From positions 136,951 through 200,950 of the forward strand of contig NMRA01000383.1 of NCBI GenBank assembly GCA_002633005.1: a DNA stretch of 64,000 nucleotides. The letters run 5' to 3'. A program made the translations under genes and the position numbers. The stretch comes from Phoronis australis. Lineage: Eukaryota > Animalia > Phoronida. How positions within the stretch are numbered: position 1 is the stretch's first letter; the number at the start of each line of letters is the position of its first letter. Shown piece by piece: positions 24,643-39,316 of the stretch. The notes beneath the pieces were generated by a model. The model worked only from the letters and a program-made list of their open reading frames with translations. It was not told the origin of the DNA and searched no databases.

Positions 24643-27002
24643 GACTAGATGGTTCTACAAAAAACAGACACGACAACAATTACGACACGGTTTCCGTAAG
24701 CAAGTTTCAGTTAAATGGCTGGTCAAAAATCTTAAAATAGGGACGAGTTTTTGAGAAAAGTGAGCTCTATATATGACCAACTGACAAGAAATCAATGTTG
24801 ATCTACAGACAAATGATGAGGCTTGTTATTTGTGATTAAGAGAGTGAACGTGTGCAGAACGGAAAGTAGACTTGATAAAAACACTGTGGCCCATCTTTTG
24901 ATGAATTTTGAGACAGACACTTAGAAATGAATCATAGTGAATTCTGGTAATTCAGTTTTCAATATGCAAAATGCAAACACAAAACACTGAAAATGTTGAC
25001 ATTTGTTCAACGTCCTAGTTCTAATACATGCAAAACAAAAATTGAAAATCCCATATATTTATTTTGGTGATATGAATTTCTCATGGAATTCATGCTCATT
25101 ATAGATGTTGGTGATTTTACAGATGGTCAATGGTCAAAAATGCAATGCTCCCCAGCTCTGACATGTGATGATGTGAACATTGATTTAAATGGGCAGGGTT
25201 TATCAGGGCTACATTTCTCTTGACACAAGACACTTCCGATGCACTTGGAGCGAAAAATTTTTGCTTACTTTGAAAAAACATTGGTGGTTATGGTCAGTAT
25301 CCTGATTCATTTTGAGTCCTTCATCTCATTACTAAAAGAAAAAAGAGTCTACTCACATTAGGTTTAGTCAAGGTCTCATGCCATCCAATTGTATGCAGGT
25401 TTATAAACACCATGGCTTGGCAAGAGTCACACTATTGGTATTACAGTTATTACATTATAATTACCCACCAGTGACACAGAGACCCGAGGGTGGCTTATTT
25501 CATTAAATTTCAATTAACAAAAAACGTTTCATAGGGGATTTCTTTCAATGTTTGCCCTACTTTTCCAAAACTTGAGGTCCATTGGACCCACCTTCAAATA
25601 ATTTTTGGGGTTCGTTTGAATTTTTTGGGGTCCATGAAACTCAGTCCCAAAATCTTTAAAAACACACTCGCTAAGTATGAGACAAGTTTTTGTTTTTCAT
25701 AATATTCGTCTGTTTCGGCGCCACTTTTGTGACTGTAATATCGAGTATACCCCTTATCGGACCAATTGTAACACGATATTCTGGTCCACACTGTAATGAC
25801 CTACTTACAAAGTATCGATGCTGTGCATTTGGCTTCGGAGAATGAAACAATCAAGCAGTGCTTCTATGAACGAAAGGTATGGTATGGTAATCAATGAACG
25901 AAAGATATGGTATGGTAATCAAAGAAAAGTATTATTTTCATTTGTGTTTAATTTTATTTATCACCTTTGAATAAAAAGTTGGGTCCAAGGTGACACACTC
26001 ATCGAGTCAATTTGCGTCTTTTACAGCTTGGTTGGGTCAAATGACGCAAAAACACAGCCTCAGGAGAACACTAGTTTTGTAGGCCACTTGCATGAACAAG
26101 CGCAGCACCTAAGCAACACATCCCCCTATAAACCACAATAGCACACTGAGCATCCCTGAAGATCCCTGGGCAAAAAGCTTGATTACAATTACAAACATAG
26201 GAAGCCAAACTGAATGACAGATTTTGAAATTTGAGTCACCATTATTGGTATTGAGGACATATTTGATTTTCAATTTTGGTTTTGCATGTTGGACTAAGAA
26301 TTGAGAATTTTAAGCAAAGAATATTTGACATTTGTTTTTGCATATATCGAAAATAAACAGAATGCACATAAACAATACAACTGTAATTACAAGCTTTTTA
26401 CTTGCATTGAATATCACTTAGGCAACATATAATACATCAGACAAGAGGAATATCATTGGAATTTCTGAACAGAAAATTAACATGAAGAATACAGAATCTC
26501 TGTTTATTAGCCCAGACTTTGTAAAACAAGACAGTTTATAAAATTCTGAAGATTTTTATCAAGTCAATCAGCCTTAACAAAACATAAACATTACAATTGT
26601 CCCAATTGTTTTCATACAAAAGTAAAGTACAGTATCATACAGTTACCTCTTTAACAACCCATTTTTAAACAAGGTAACCCATCAGACTCCAAATTTGGCC
26701 AACATTCATTCAGTGGTTGAACCCTACATATCCCTGACCCAACACTGTCAAAGCTGACAAAAGAACACACACACTTATCAGATGGTGTTTATCCCCCAAA
26801 CTTTCTTATCGTAAGTGCAAAAATTTCGTCACACTCTGCCTTGGCCATCCGTTGAGTACCTGACTCCAGGCACACCTGCCTTATATCAGTGACTGGAGAC
26901 AATCAACAGGTAAATACTTACTGCAGATAACAAAAAAACAAATCCAATGAATGACAGCAGGGGCAGGTGCTCTATTATATAAACAAGATAATACTGTGGC
27001 AC

Positions 27003-27250
27003 TGTTGGCTCTGACTGGACAGGGGTTCCTAACCATGTACAAGGTTATACAGTGTTATTGTTGGCTCTGACTGGACAGGGGCTCCTAACCATGTACAAGG
27101 TTATACAGTGTTATTGTTGGCTCTGACTGGACAGGGGTTCCTAACCATGTACAAGGTTATACAGTGTTATTGTTGGCTCTGACTGGACAGGGGTTCCTAA
27201 CCATGTACAAGGTAATACTGTGGCACTGTTGGCTCTGACTGGACAGGGCA
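27003..27250. repeat. 56-bp minisatellite, ~4.5 copies
   Basis: TGTTGGCTCTGACTGGACAGGGGTTCCTAACCATGTACAAGG recurring every 56 bp. Confidence 0.9.
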
Positions 27251-28447
27251 TTCTCAGCATGTACAGCACTGTCCAGTCTGAGACAGCAAATTTCAACTAG
27301 AAATGGAATTTTTGCAACTTAGAATATTGGGACAACAAGGATTTTTGAATTTGTCATATTTTTCAAATATCACCTGTGTTTTAATATCAACTGAGTCTGA
27401 AAATAAACAAGGAAGTTTCTAAATTCGTCGAAAGTAGCACCTTCGTGCATTGCCATTGTGTATAACATTGTGATGAATGAATGATTGTCGGTGATCGAAA
27501 ATTGGGACGGCCAATATTGCCTATTTCAAAACTTTGGTACAAGCTCAGACCTTGAGAAAAATAAGTAATTTTTCACGGCACCAAACTGGGGAATTTTCAA
27601 TCTACTGAATACTATCAAAACTAAATGGTACGGAGAGAAAAAAATAAGTAATTATTCACTGCACCAAACTGAAGAATTTTCAGTCTACTGAATACTGTCG
27701 TCAAGTGGTTTGAACCAAACAATAGATGAATGTCCAGTATAACACCAGTAACCACCTCTTCTGAAGGATTTCATTCGACATACCTTTAGAATAAGACCAC
27801 TCTCAGTGACTGAGTCTCATTTTGTTCCTAGTCATAGCCTGGAGACTTCAGAACAGATGACATACCATAGTTAATGCTAAAGATCAGCCGCAAGAAGTAC
27901 ATTTATTGGGTCAACAACTACCTATGGACTGACCTTAGCAAATAGACTTACTCCACCTCATGACCCCTTTCATTCAAATTAACATCAATTTTACTTGAGA
28001 CAGCAGTATGTCTAGAGATTTTACTACCCTACAAACCAATGAAATGACTCACAAGTCAGACTTTAGGTTAGTCAAGACTTCACTGTCAATAAACTACCAG
28101 AGCTATCAATCTGAAGGGGGATTGGCAAACACAAAAAAATTAGTAGAGTTCTAAAACAAAATCATCATTAGTATTAGGAAATAACACAGAGAAAAGTTAA
28201 CATTCTCCTAACAATCACTTCCAACACTATACACTACCTCAAGTATGAGAGGTTGTGAATGTGAATGTTCTTTATCTGAACTAAAAATCATTGTGTAGAT
28301 CAGTACATTGCCTCAAGTATAAGAAGTTGTGAATGTTCTTAGCACAATATGAACTGCCTCAGCACCAACATTAGGAAGAAACACCAACAAAGAGCAACAA
28401 TCAGAGTGAGAATCATTAGTATCAACACTAGTGCAATGAAATAAAAA

Positions 28448-28512
28448 ATGACAATGATAATGACGATGAAGATGATGAAAACGATGAGGATGACGAGCAT
28501 GATGAAGATGAA
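28448..28512. repeat. Degenerate (GAT/GAC)n trinucleotide repeat
   Basis: Direct reading. Confidence 0.75.
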
Positions 28513-29599
28513 TTACAATGACAGCACATCATTCCATCATAAATAGCAGAGAATCCCATCAGGTTATATACCTCTCTAGTATGAGGAAGAAAGCATGTAA
28601 GCACTTGTCTACACATAACTACATTTATATCTCACTGTTCATATTGTTGTGCAACCCATAGCATGGACATGTCAGGGGCTTTTAGTAAACACTCCCTTTA
28701 TCCAGTTCAAAGTAAACTCACTAATATAAAATGTCTAGGGCAGATCTAGACAACAAAATTGCTGGAGTCTTGTACTGTTCTAATACAGGTGAGGATAAGC
28801 TTCTGGAACAATGTAGGTGAAGACCTCTTTTAACAGGACACAGTCTCCATGAAGGACAAAGAAGGGCTCACACAATTATTATATACGGTAGATAAATGTC
28901 CGTCATTCAAACACACGTCATCTACATGATAGAAATGTCAATGTAAAACAAGCAACAAACAGGCACACACAGCTTTACGAAAAAAAGTTTTCATTCTGCC
29001 CACAGGATCAGATACAATTCATATGGTACACGGCTCTCCTCTTCATAAAACCAGAAAGAAGTTGGATATGTAATGGTGCGCAAATGAAAATCCAAACTTC
29101 CAAAGGCTGTTTGGGGTATCTGGGGGCCTACCCAACACAGTTTTGAAAATTAAGGATCATTTCTGGCATTTTGGTGCAAACATGATATTGGCGTCCCTAG
29201 ATCTTTGCTCAGTATTTACAAATACTTTTCAACCCTGGCTCTTACAACTGTTGACAAGCTTATTAAAGTCTAAAACCAATGCGTTTGCAACAAACATTGT
29301 CTGGGGTGATCTGATCAAGAGTTGCAGTGTTCTACACGACCAAAAACCCAAACGTGTCGGAAATATGCGAACGCCAACAAACATGTCATCAGCCTGGGGC
29401 AGCATTCTCTGCAGCGCTTATTCACCCACAAGGCATTTATTCAGTTTCAAAGGGCCACAGTCAGTTGTTTCTAGTCAACAAATTGGTAATGATGGTGATG
29501 CGCATTCCCAAACTCGTAGCTATTTTTTTCAAACAGCTCGCTGGCCATGCAAACTTTCACAAGTGCTGACTACCAGTCTGCCAGAGGAGACATCCGAGG

Positions 29600-30050
29600 A
29601 TGCAAAAAGAGCAAATCACCACTAGAGGACGCCACAGTTCTCAGACTCATTCAAAAAACAATGTCAGCCAAGATCTTCTGTTTACTTTTTTGAAATGATC
29701 CTTGGAGGAATTTGGTGCATAAAGACAGATACCAAAAATGGGCCCAAAATAAAAATGGTCACTAAGTGGCACAAAACTACACCAAATCCAGTCAAGAACG
29801 GCATCACCATTTCCTTAGAAATGTATATAAGCCAAATAACATGAAAATCCATTGCAAAAGTCCAAAGATATAGGAGCAAACATAAAAAACTATTAAAATT
29901 GCCACTAGGGAGCACAGCAATATTCAGACCGGTCATAAGCCTCATAAGAACACATCCGCTACATCTCCTTAAGATCCTACATGGGATGTTAGAGAACCAG
30001 CAGTGGACAACGGACACCGGGAGATGACAGCAATATTGACACACATATGA
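29600..30050 (+). mobile_element. Decayed copy of the 15407-17406 HINE-like family
   Basis: CCACTAGAGGACGCC, GTCACTAAGTGGCAC and AATTGCCACTAGGGAGCAC about 140 bp apart, then GGACAACGGACACCGGGAGATGACAGCA. Confidence 0.55.
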
Positions 30051-31802
30051 ACAAATACAAATGCCAATTTTAGCAGTTACGTATGTTTGTCTCATGTAAA
30101 AGAACGTTTATTGCATATATTTGTGGATAAACAAAAATTCCATTTTTGCTTCAAAATCCAAAGAGTAACTTCCTGATCAACAACTTGAAGGTGAGTAAAC
30201 ATTTGAAACATTCTTCGCGAGTACCTTAACTGCATCTCCCGAAGTTGAACTCGATTCCCCTCCACTAAACTTCCATTTCATAACTACAGAAATTTTTTGT
30301 CAAATCCACTGTGGAAAACTGGATTGGAAAGAGACAAAGAATTAGTGTTGTCAAATAGTTTTGGAATAATAAGGAGAATGTTGCAAGTAAAACAAGACAT
30401 TAAACTAATTCAAATATCATACCGGTAATATTTGAGTTATTCAATTCTCTTCAGTAATGTCGGTGAATGTGTCAATGTACTTTGGACAGTTAAGTCGCAT
30501 ATTATTGACCTGCTCTGACCTGTAGGTCAACAGTCTATGTATGTTCTCATTTTTTTGCTGTGAAGTATATAAGTTCATTAAAGATTGAAGTGATGTTTAC
30601 AGACTTCATGGTCTGTACGATAGCTATAATCAATATTTCAATACAAGGGAAATTTTGGTAATTTATTTTTGGCCGAAATTGAAGAAATTTTAAAGTTTTG
30701 TAGTACAACAATTAGAGCTAAAAACAATGGCTCAGGCTAATTCCAATTAACCACTCTTGAACATGGTCCTAAAACTTTCTAATTCAAGGCATTTCATTAC
30801 CTACTTACCACACAATATGGCAGACAAATGAAATTTGATTTTGTGAAATTTCTCAAAAATGATGATTTAGACAATTCTATTCCATTGTAAGCCAGGTATT
30901 GTACCAAAAACTGACATTTTGCAGTTTCCCTAATTTACATCAAGGTGGTACGCTGAGTTAAAAATGTAGGCAAAAATATGATTTATGTGTGTCAAATAAG
31001 TGAAGAATAGCAAAACGTAGTTTATCACTTTTGCCAGAAATCTGTAGGTACTAGGACTCAGTACAGACAGAAGAATTAAAAAACATCAAAGTACCTCAAA
31101 ATCACCAACACTTGCCCTTACCTTTATCTGGACAAACACAAACACACAGACAAATTAAATCAAACTTGATTTCTAATTTCAATTATCTTGTTCTTATATT
31201 GTCAGGACTTCATATTCAGGTCAATTCAAGTGAAGTAAGGTCTACAATTAAAAGTATGACACAGTCATTGTGGTACACAAATAAAACAATTTTCTTTTAA
31301 ACAGAATTACAAGGCAAAATCATACAGAACCTCACTGTACAAATAACTCATAAACTATGATCGCTCAAACGCAAAATTGGGCTTACTAAGCCACCGACAA
31401 AGTTATGATATCACTTGTATTGACTGATGAGATAGTTGAAAAGTAAAGTGGGTGAATAGCAAAAATCAGCTTGTTACATAGTCATGACACATTATTTATC
31501 GCATGAACCATTTTCTTAACTGGTCAGTAAGACAGTTATCCAGCCAGTGACTCCTCCAACATTTTGAGATGTGGTTGTTTACTCTTCTGAGTATTTTACC
31601 TACCTATATTTACTGCCAGGTAATACCGCTACATTAGTATGGAAAACCTGGAGGACCAAAAGTTAAGAGTTACCAGTAAGTAGGCAGCTACTCATTACTA
31701 CAATTTGCCCCTTTTTCATCCTTTACTCTAGCAGTCAAGTTAACCTCCATCCTAATAACAATGCAATTTTCTTGCCCAAATACTAACAAGTCATGTTTTC
31801 TT

Positions 31803-32110
31803 ACTATAGCATCTACTTGTAGGGGATGTGCATAGCCAATACTATGGCATCTCCCACAGGGGATATATAGACAATACTATAGCATCTACCACAGGAGATG
31901 TATAGACAATACTATAGTATCTACCACAGGGGATGTAAAATACTGAAGCATCTCCCACAGGGGATGTAATAGACAATACTAAAGCATCTCCCACAGGGGA
32001 TGTATAGACAATACTATAGCATCTACCAAAGGGGATGTGCATAGCCAATACTATGGCATCTACCACAGGAAATGTATAGACAATACCACAGGGGATGTAT
32101 AGCCAATACT
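31803..32110. repeat. ~35-bp minisatellite, ~9 degenerate copies
   Basis: AATACTATAGCATCTACCACAGGGGATGTATAGAC repeated. Confidence 0.9.
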
Positions 32111-35100
32111 TCGATCTCAATCTGAGTTTTGGCTTTGTTGAGACAATGGACTCTGGAGACTGCGTATGACTTAGGGCTTCGAATGAACAGGTAAAATCTT
32201 GGAATACACTAGCAGTAGTCTTCAGTCTGTTCTTTTAAGTTTGCAAACTCTAGCTTAGAACATGTATGAATTTTTCAGACATGTTGCACACGCATACACT
32301 ACCTATGCTGAGCAACTACAGATTTTTAAAATGGAATTCACAATACATTAATAGTCAGTAGGCATAACAAAACCAGTCTCTAGTTATCAGGGTATCACAG
32401 GGGAATCACCCTCTGTCTGAGGTCAGAACCGGGATCAAGTCGGTCGGTTTGAAGTTAATTCGCTGGTAATATTTAAGTCATTCACAGCAGAATGTAATAA
32501 AACACAAAACGTTAGTCTATAACTGGACGTATGTTTGCCGGCTATCAGCATTAACATAAACCCTATATATAAGCCACTAAAGTAATTAGAAAAGAAAAAA
32601 ATTTCCATCATTCGCTCGTTATTTGTACAGTACTCTCGAAGTTAAAAATAGCATCGGATTAGATGATAAAGTTATTGTGTGCGAACGTCAAGAATATGAC
32701 AGGGTCGTTTCTGAGCACATTTAAGCTTTATATTTCAACTTACTGGTGTGAGAGAATCTCTAGTCTTTGGTTACGATCCTCGAAGGGGAATCACTACAGT
32801 ATTCGTATCGACAATGCATAAATTTTGCATTACAGTAACCACGAGTTAAACAATCCTCTGGTGAGAAAATCAGACATCTGGATCATAGTAACCCATAATG
32901 CAACGCGCACCTGCTCTATAATCAAGGGAGATAACTTGATAACAAAGCCAATAGTACAATGTTGAACTTGTCAGTAATTGTGGAACCAGTATGAGTCTCT
33001 TACTGGTTCCTAGTTCTGACAGAGAGCGGCCAACTTGCAACCACTATAGTTGGTAAAGCAGAACAGAATTGTTTATTTGACCCATCACCATCGTTGTCTA
33101 AAAGCATATGACTGAGAATTTAAAATGTATTGGTGGATCAGAAAAACCCATTTCATCAGCACAGTACAGTTCCACAAATTTCACATTCTAATTTTTAGGA
33201 CCCGCCTTTCTGTTAATACAAACGTGATGTAATAGTTGTCATTTTTTACTTTTTATTCATTCTTAAACTATGTCTACAAGGAACCTTTATTTAACCATTG
33301 AAAATTAAATGCCACAGTCCCAGCGAAAAAATTAGTGAGTCCCATGAGGCAATTGAGCTGCCAGTATCACTACAATGAGATAGTAAGTTCTATTTTTTTT
33401 TTACTTTGGACTTACAATATTTCCAGCCATCCTAATTATTTTTCTCACCCTGGAGTCACAAAAAAATGATTTTTTGTGCAAATTTGTATGAGAGCGGTGA
33501 CATTACTTGATGACGAACTGGCTGCATGATTTTTAGTTGTGAGTGGGCAGTGCAGAGTTGACCAACTGTCCACTCTGGACAGTCAGAAAACCACAAGTCT
33601 CCGCTTTATTACTCTCTATTGCACAGCATGAAGGTAAGAGTTACTCGAAGAATTAAGATGCTTGATTTCATTTTTTTGCTCTTTTTCTGGACAGAAAGAG
33701 CCATTCTGGCTTCAGTTAAATTCCCCTAACAATTTGAGTATACTGGGAACATTTTCCTCACAAAAACTGATTTGAATGTCTATTTGCTAATCCCACTGAT
33801 TAACTGATGAGAAGTAATTAACATGTTTTATTACCAACACTTGGAGAAGACACAAAGGCAACGATGAGTCATAATAGTGTACCCGGCAGTGTATACTTCC
33901 TGAAAGCCTCTCAGTTCACTTCACACGATCAAGATAGTTAGGATGCAGAACACCAGGTGGCAGAACACCCCTCACGCAGATTACTTATTTTTACACTTCT
34001 TTACCAGTCTCAATGACTTTACTGTGACAAGCATCATGAGTGTATCTCTCTCCCTGTGACACGTAGACAATGGCTGAGCCGTTGTAAGGAATCCTGTCCA
34101 TTGTGTATTTTAATGCATTGTATTCATTTTACATATTGTATTTATTACTGCACTTTGCCCTATTTAGCCTTTTACTCAAATGAAATTGGGATCACCATAC
34201 TACTTACCATTATTCCATTTCCTTGGAGAACAAAACTGCTATGTGAACATTGATTCAAGAGAACGCTTCAGTTTGTTGAGGTCAATCATTGCCACAGATT
34301 TGAAAATGGTGTCATGTACGCATGAATTGCATCTCATGACTTCCCAGAGTTGCCTGCTCATTCAGCAACAAGTGATCACACTGACCGTGGTAGCATTTTC
34401 AAATCCCAAATTAAGTGCTTCGGCTATGAATTCAACATTGACAGCTAAAAAGAGAGCAGTGACATCAGTGCAGCTGTAAATATTGTCGATGTAAAGCGGC
34501 TACAAATCCACTTCCATCACAAAAACCAACTTTTGACTTCATCCACTTACCATTGTTCTCAATTTTTGCTCCTTGTAGTCAAACTGGAAGGGCTTTAAAA
34601 GAATTCGACAGTTTCCAATTCTTTAGACCAACCTCACAAGATTTTACGTGAAAGCGAGACATGACTTTTTATGAGCTTGGTGTAAAGACACAAATTTAGT
34701 AGTCGCCAGCTCTTTCAAAGCCCAAAGATGATTTCCAAACTGGCTAATTTTACAACAGTAATCAGGCTAAGCCAGAAAGCACGGGTTTAATGCCATTTTA
34801 AATGCCCAGCATGCAGCGCTGTCTCTGAAAAACAATCATTTGGTTCATGATTTGAGGTTGCTCCCTTTGCTTATTTTTCATATTATGAAGTAGCACAATG
34901 CTGATAAGGCCACTGGAAGGTTCCACGTTGCTAACTTGATTTATTCCAATTTGGAGTTTTGACTTGAACAAATTAGCGGTGCGTGTCTTTGATAAACTAG
35001 GCAAACACTCACTGGTCAAAAAGCTTTCATTAAGTCTCTGTAACAAACAAATATAACGATGCACATTACACGAATTCCACCACCACCATTTGAACATCTC

Positions 35101-36019
35101 AAGTAAACCTAGCTAACACAACATGGTCTTATAAATATATGAAACGTAGAATGTGAAAAATCAGCTTTGTCATTTCATGACCTACCCAGTAGAGACACAA
35201 ACACTACATAGATACATGTATAATGTTTATGGTGACCAAAACTAAAGTGACATGTATCATTTCAGTCACTGAAATTAATAAGTAACTTTGGAGAGTATTT
35301 CCTAAGAATAATGCTCAAAATCACCAACTTCAGTCAACACAAAAACATGACTTGCATAACATTGCAAATATTCCTTGTTTACTTTCACCTCCAGACAACA
35401 GCAGTTTCCACATCCAGTTCAAACTGTTGATCGCGCAGCTTTTTATCTTGTGTCGCGCACGCCAATTATGATCTAGCACAATTAAGGTGAACACATCCAT
35501 CCCTATTGTAATATTATTCACAAAATCCAATCACATGGTCTCTGAGAAATATAATTCTAACTATTAAACTTTTCACAAGGAAATCAAAGAGTCAAACGAG
35601 ATCAACATGAGTTGAAATGTGCCCATTACTGCTCCACAAATGGCATGCTTCTAGGGGTGTTGTTGGTATTATAAAACTGGCATAATACACAGAACTTGCC
35701 CAAAAAACAAAAATCAAAACTATATGCTTTTTCAACTAACATATATCTTTGAAAATCAAATTGCACCTTCTAAATAAACTGAACTGCACTCAGCAGTAAA
35801 ATGGCAAAACATGTCACAACACATCTAATACACCATGACATTACCTCCCCCTACTGTCAAACAGAAAAAGTTAAATGGCATATTAATAATTCTAAAGCTC
35901 AATGTAACATTAAAATTCAGAATATAAAATAAAATATTTCACTTGCATACCAACAGTGGAATGCTATGCATAGTAACATTGATTGTGCCTTTCATAATCA
36001 AAATAAACTGTTTCTGAAC

Positions 36020-36201
36020 TCAGTAGTAAATAGTATCTATAGTTTCAGTCTTTGAATTTGTGATGACATCACGCTCAAACTGGTGGATAGATTCGTCAAT
36101 TTGAACAAAGCCTTCAACTCCAAGTTCTTTTAGACGAGCTTCCCACTTTGTGTTTTTACCCATGTCCAGGAAAGCCAGCTTTAACTTTCTTTTTATCTCA
36201 T
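36020..36201 (-). CDS. PhnD-like substrate-binding protein, coding exon 5 (last): (D)EIKRKLKLAFLDMGKNTKWEARLKELGVEGFVQIDESIHQFERDVITNSKTETIDTIYY*
   Basis: Acceptor TTTTGCAG|, phase 1 matches exon 4, TGA at 36022-36020; absent from the ORF track. Confidence 0.8.
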
Positions 36202-36594
36202 CTGCAAAACAAAACTATGTCAGTACCACAGAATACTAAAAAGCATATCTGAGCATAATAGCTGTTTCAATTAATATGTTCATGAATTTTACAAATACGT
36301 GACCTCAATTGAGAACTATTTTGTTTAAGAAGCAATGACTGCCTGGAGTAGTCAAAGCCAAGACGACAGCTTTTACTCTCGTGAGCATTTGTGGTTATGT
36401 GCACGCATGAAAATCAAGACTTGGTCATAATTCAAGGAAATACAGTCAATTCACAAAAAGCTGACGATATGCACTAGAGCACTTCACAAGGACTGTTTTC
36501 AAAATTTTGGTCGACATCCAATGGGAATTAGAGGAGTTGAGCATAGAAAATTTCTCTGCAAGTGAGACGGATTAACATAAACAAAGATGCACAC

Positions 36595-36731
36595 AATGAT
36601 GCCTACTGTTACTATGACGCCTACTGTTACTATGACGCCTACTGTTACTATGACGCCTACTGTTAATATGATGCCTACTGTTAATATGATGCCTACTGTT
36701 ACTATGATGCCTACTGTTACTATGACGCCTA
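36595..36731. repeat. 18-bp minisatellite (ATGACGCCTACTGTTACT)n, ~7.5 copies, intronic
   Basis: Direct reading. Confidence 0.9.
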
Positions 36732-37136
36732 TCATATGGAAAATCGTTATAATTTGTAGTGCTATTATGATGGGTTCAGGAATGGGGACCTTTTTGTGAC
36801 AAGCTCAAAAATGACGACCATCTTTTAATTGTTTCAGATTGTCAAGTCCTTGTTGAACATTTTTCACTAAACAATGCAAGTTTAGTTTTTCACATTGATG
36901 TTCAAAATTTATTTCAAAATAACACGAGTGAGCAAACTGAACTGTAAACAACGATATAGTCAGGCATTTCCGGAAAGTGTAAAAATACTTTCTTAAAACA
37001 GTCATGCTTAGGACCAAAGTGAACATAAAAAATAAAATTGCCACTAGGTGGAGGCACAACAGCAGCCAATTGACCTCAAAATGAAAAATCATGCAAGAGT
37101 GGTATCTTACAATGGATCAGTAAATCAGTGATATAC

Positions 37137-37316
37137 CTGGCAATCTGTTGCTGACAACGATACCATAGGTAGATAAAGGACCCCATGAGGTAAGGACGTG
37201 TATCTTGTCACGAGCTTCAGGATGTGTCCGACAGTAGTGATCAAGACAAACTGAATGAACGGCTGATGCATCAGCTGTGAAATTCAACACAGCCTCGATA
37301 GACTTGATGTGTGAGC
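37137..37316 (-). CDS. PhnD-like protein, coding exon 4: (G)SHIKSIEAVLNFTADASAVHSVCLDHYCRTHPEARDKIHVLTSWGPLSTYGIVVSNRLP
   Basis: Acceptor TACAG|, donor CCAG|GTATAT, 180 bp, phase 1/1; GSH..SI.AV motif. Confidence 0.85.
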
Positions 37317-38067
37317 CTGTACCGGAAAAAAACATGCAAACAACTTTAAATCAGGTCAACATAGTTGCACAGATCAGATCTTTTTGTGAAATAAAACCCA
37401 TCAAGAAAGTATGCCTTGCATAAGCTCCCACATAAAGGCATACGCATTCAAATATGGAAAGAAACCAGGAAACTATGGGAACAGTAGTAATTTGACCAAT
37501 CTATTGAAATCACAATATTGACAATTATTATGAAAATTTAATTCTCAGTTTTGCAGTAATCATAAATTACCCTTCTAAATCCTGCGGGAGCTACATGTAG
37601 TACCGTCTTGCTAGTTTTTGTTTATAAACATGGAATTTTGCAAGACATAAAAGAAAAGTAATGACTTTGAATTCATTTTAGTTTGACAAAAATAGCAAAG
37701 ATTGCTTGTATTTGCTACTTATCCAAGGATCAACAGTTTTCCAAAATGTGGTAACAAGTTTACCCAGCCAATACAAATGTAATATGTTATCTCAGAGAAT
37801 GGAGTCATGTTTCATGGCAAGTCACAATTTGTCACATCTCAAAATTTTCAAACTGTCACAGCAACTTTGCTTTGCGTAATCTTACAATTTGTGAAAAAAG
37901 GAACCACCACTTGATGCTTCATAAAATAACTGTTAACCCAACAAATCACTAACAGCCAACTTGGCTCAGCAAATTTCTCACATTTGGTAACAGAATTCTC
38001 AAAATGTCACAGAATTTCATGCAAGTGAGTTTGGTAACAGAATGTCACATCACAGGAAATCTATTCA

Positions 38068-38630
38068 GGGCTGTTCCAGTAAAATCTGTATGGGAGGGGG
38101 GAAGGCACCTTTTTTTCGCACCCACCACCCATATTTTTCATTTATTTCTTCAGCCTACCACCCGTATTTTTTTATAAGTTTGAAATGCAACCACCCGTAA
38201 TTTTTTTTTTGTTCTTGTGGTTGACTGCACAGGCACTTGAGTTTATCTGTTCCTCCATCACCACTAACGTCATTCATTACTAAGAAAACATATGTTTCTT
38301 ATATAGCCATCGAGAAATTCGAGCACCTGTGATTAAATGGTGTTATGGGCATGCCGATGAGGAGATCAGAGGGACTGAAAAAGTCGGAGCTTTTTGCAAG
38401 TTGCATTTTTGTTTCAGTTTTTGATTCTGTGCGGATTGTTTATAAAATTTACTAAAATTACCCACCATCAAACATTTATGGCCCAATGAAACAACAACGA
38501 CCTGTAAATTTTTACTTTTTTGAAGTACGACCACCAGCCATTTTGAATTTAAATCAAACGCAACCACCCATAAATTTTTATTTCAGTTGCCTTCCCGCCC
38601 CCTCCCACACAGATTTTGCTGGAACAGCCC
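38068..38630. mobile_element. PIF/Harbinger (Tourist-like) MITE in an intron of the PhnD-like gene
   Basis: ~40-bp TIRs GGGCTGTTCCAGTAAAATCTGTATGGGAGGGGG...CCCCCTCCCACACAGATTTTGCTGGAACAGCCC, 3-bp TSD TCA on both sides, internal ACCACCC repeats. Confidence 0.8.
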
Positions 38631-39316
38631 TCAGTAATTCAGTTGGGAAACAATTACATAGCTCTGAATTTAAAATACCTATTTTAAATAAAGAAATCTT
38701 TTATTACTCAATATTCTACACGTTGAATGAATTTGAAAACACTTGATTCTAGTGTTGTATGTCAAGTCAAGTACAATAGGAAATCTGAACTTTTCTCCAC
38801 CAATCACTAGAATGTACAATGTCTAGCGAGTCTTTCCTATTCTCATCAAAGTTTTTGAACATTTTTAACTAAGCATATTTACTATTTAAGTAAAACAAAA
38901 TTGAGTTAAAATTAGAGCAGTGCGGAAAACTAATAATAAAACTGAGATAAAATAACAAATTATTTGTAGAATTGCAATTCTGAACCCGAAACAGAGCGTG
39001 ACTATTTGAGAAAAAAATGTCACACAAAAACATCAGTACGACATTAGTTGACCATTACAATTAAGAAAATCGTAGATATATATCATGTCTCTACTGTACC
39101 AGTTGTCATCAATCACGACATGTGGTTTAAACCGTAACAGTTCAAGTCATGCACAAAATTGTCTCGAACACAAGTAGTAGAGAACTGGCCTAAACCAAGA
39201 CTTGGTCTTTTTGGCAGAAGGTGGCTTTGTAACCTCCTCTAGTACATGAACAGCGAAAAAGCCATTTCCTTACAAGACATCAAGTAATATCGAGTCAGAT
39301 TCAGGTAACAACTAAC

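Noticed and set aside
29143-29625. 160-aa plus-strand ORF
   Set aside because: No recognisable motif or splice context, and it runs into a decayed repeat; likely a chance ORF.
30165-30280. Possible 5' non-coding exon/promoter of the GSE1-like gene (GGAAGT motifs, donor-like sites on both strands)
   Set aside because: Signals are short and ambiguous; cannot be supported without transcript data.
36020-36022. TGA of the PhnD-like gene as selenocysteine or readthrough
   Set aside because: The protein is already full length for the fold, the downstream sequence is AT-rich UTR-like, and I recognised no SECIS.
36499-36799. VTVGII / MTPTVT repeat ORFs
   Set aside because: An 18-bp minisatellite in the last intron of the PhnD-like gene, open on both strands simply because the unit lacks stops.
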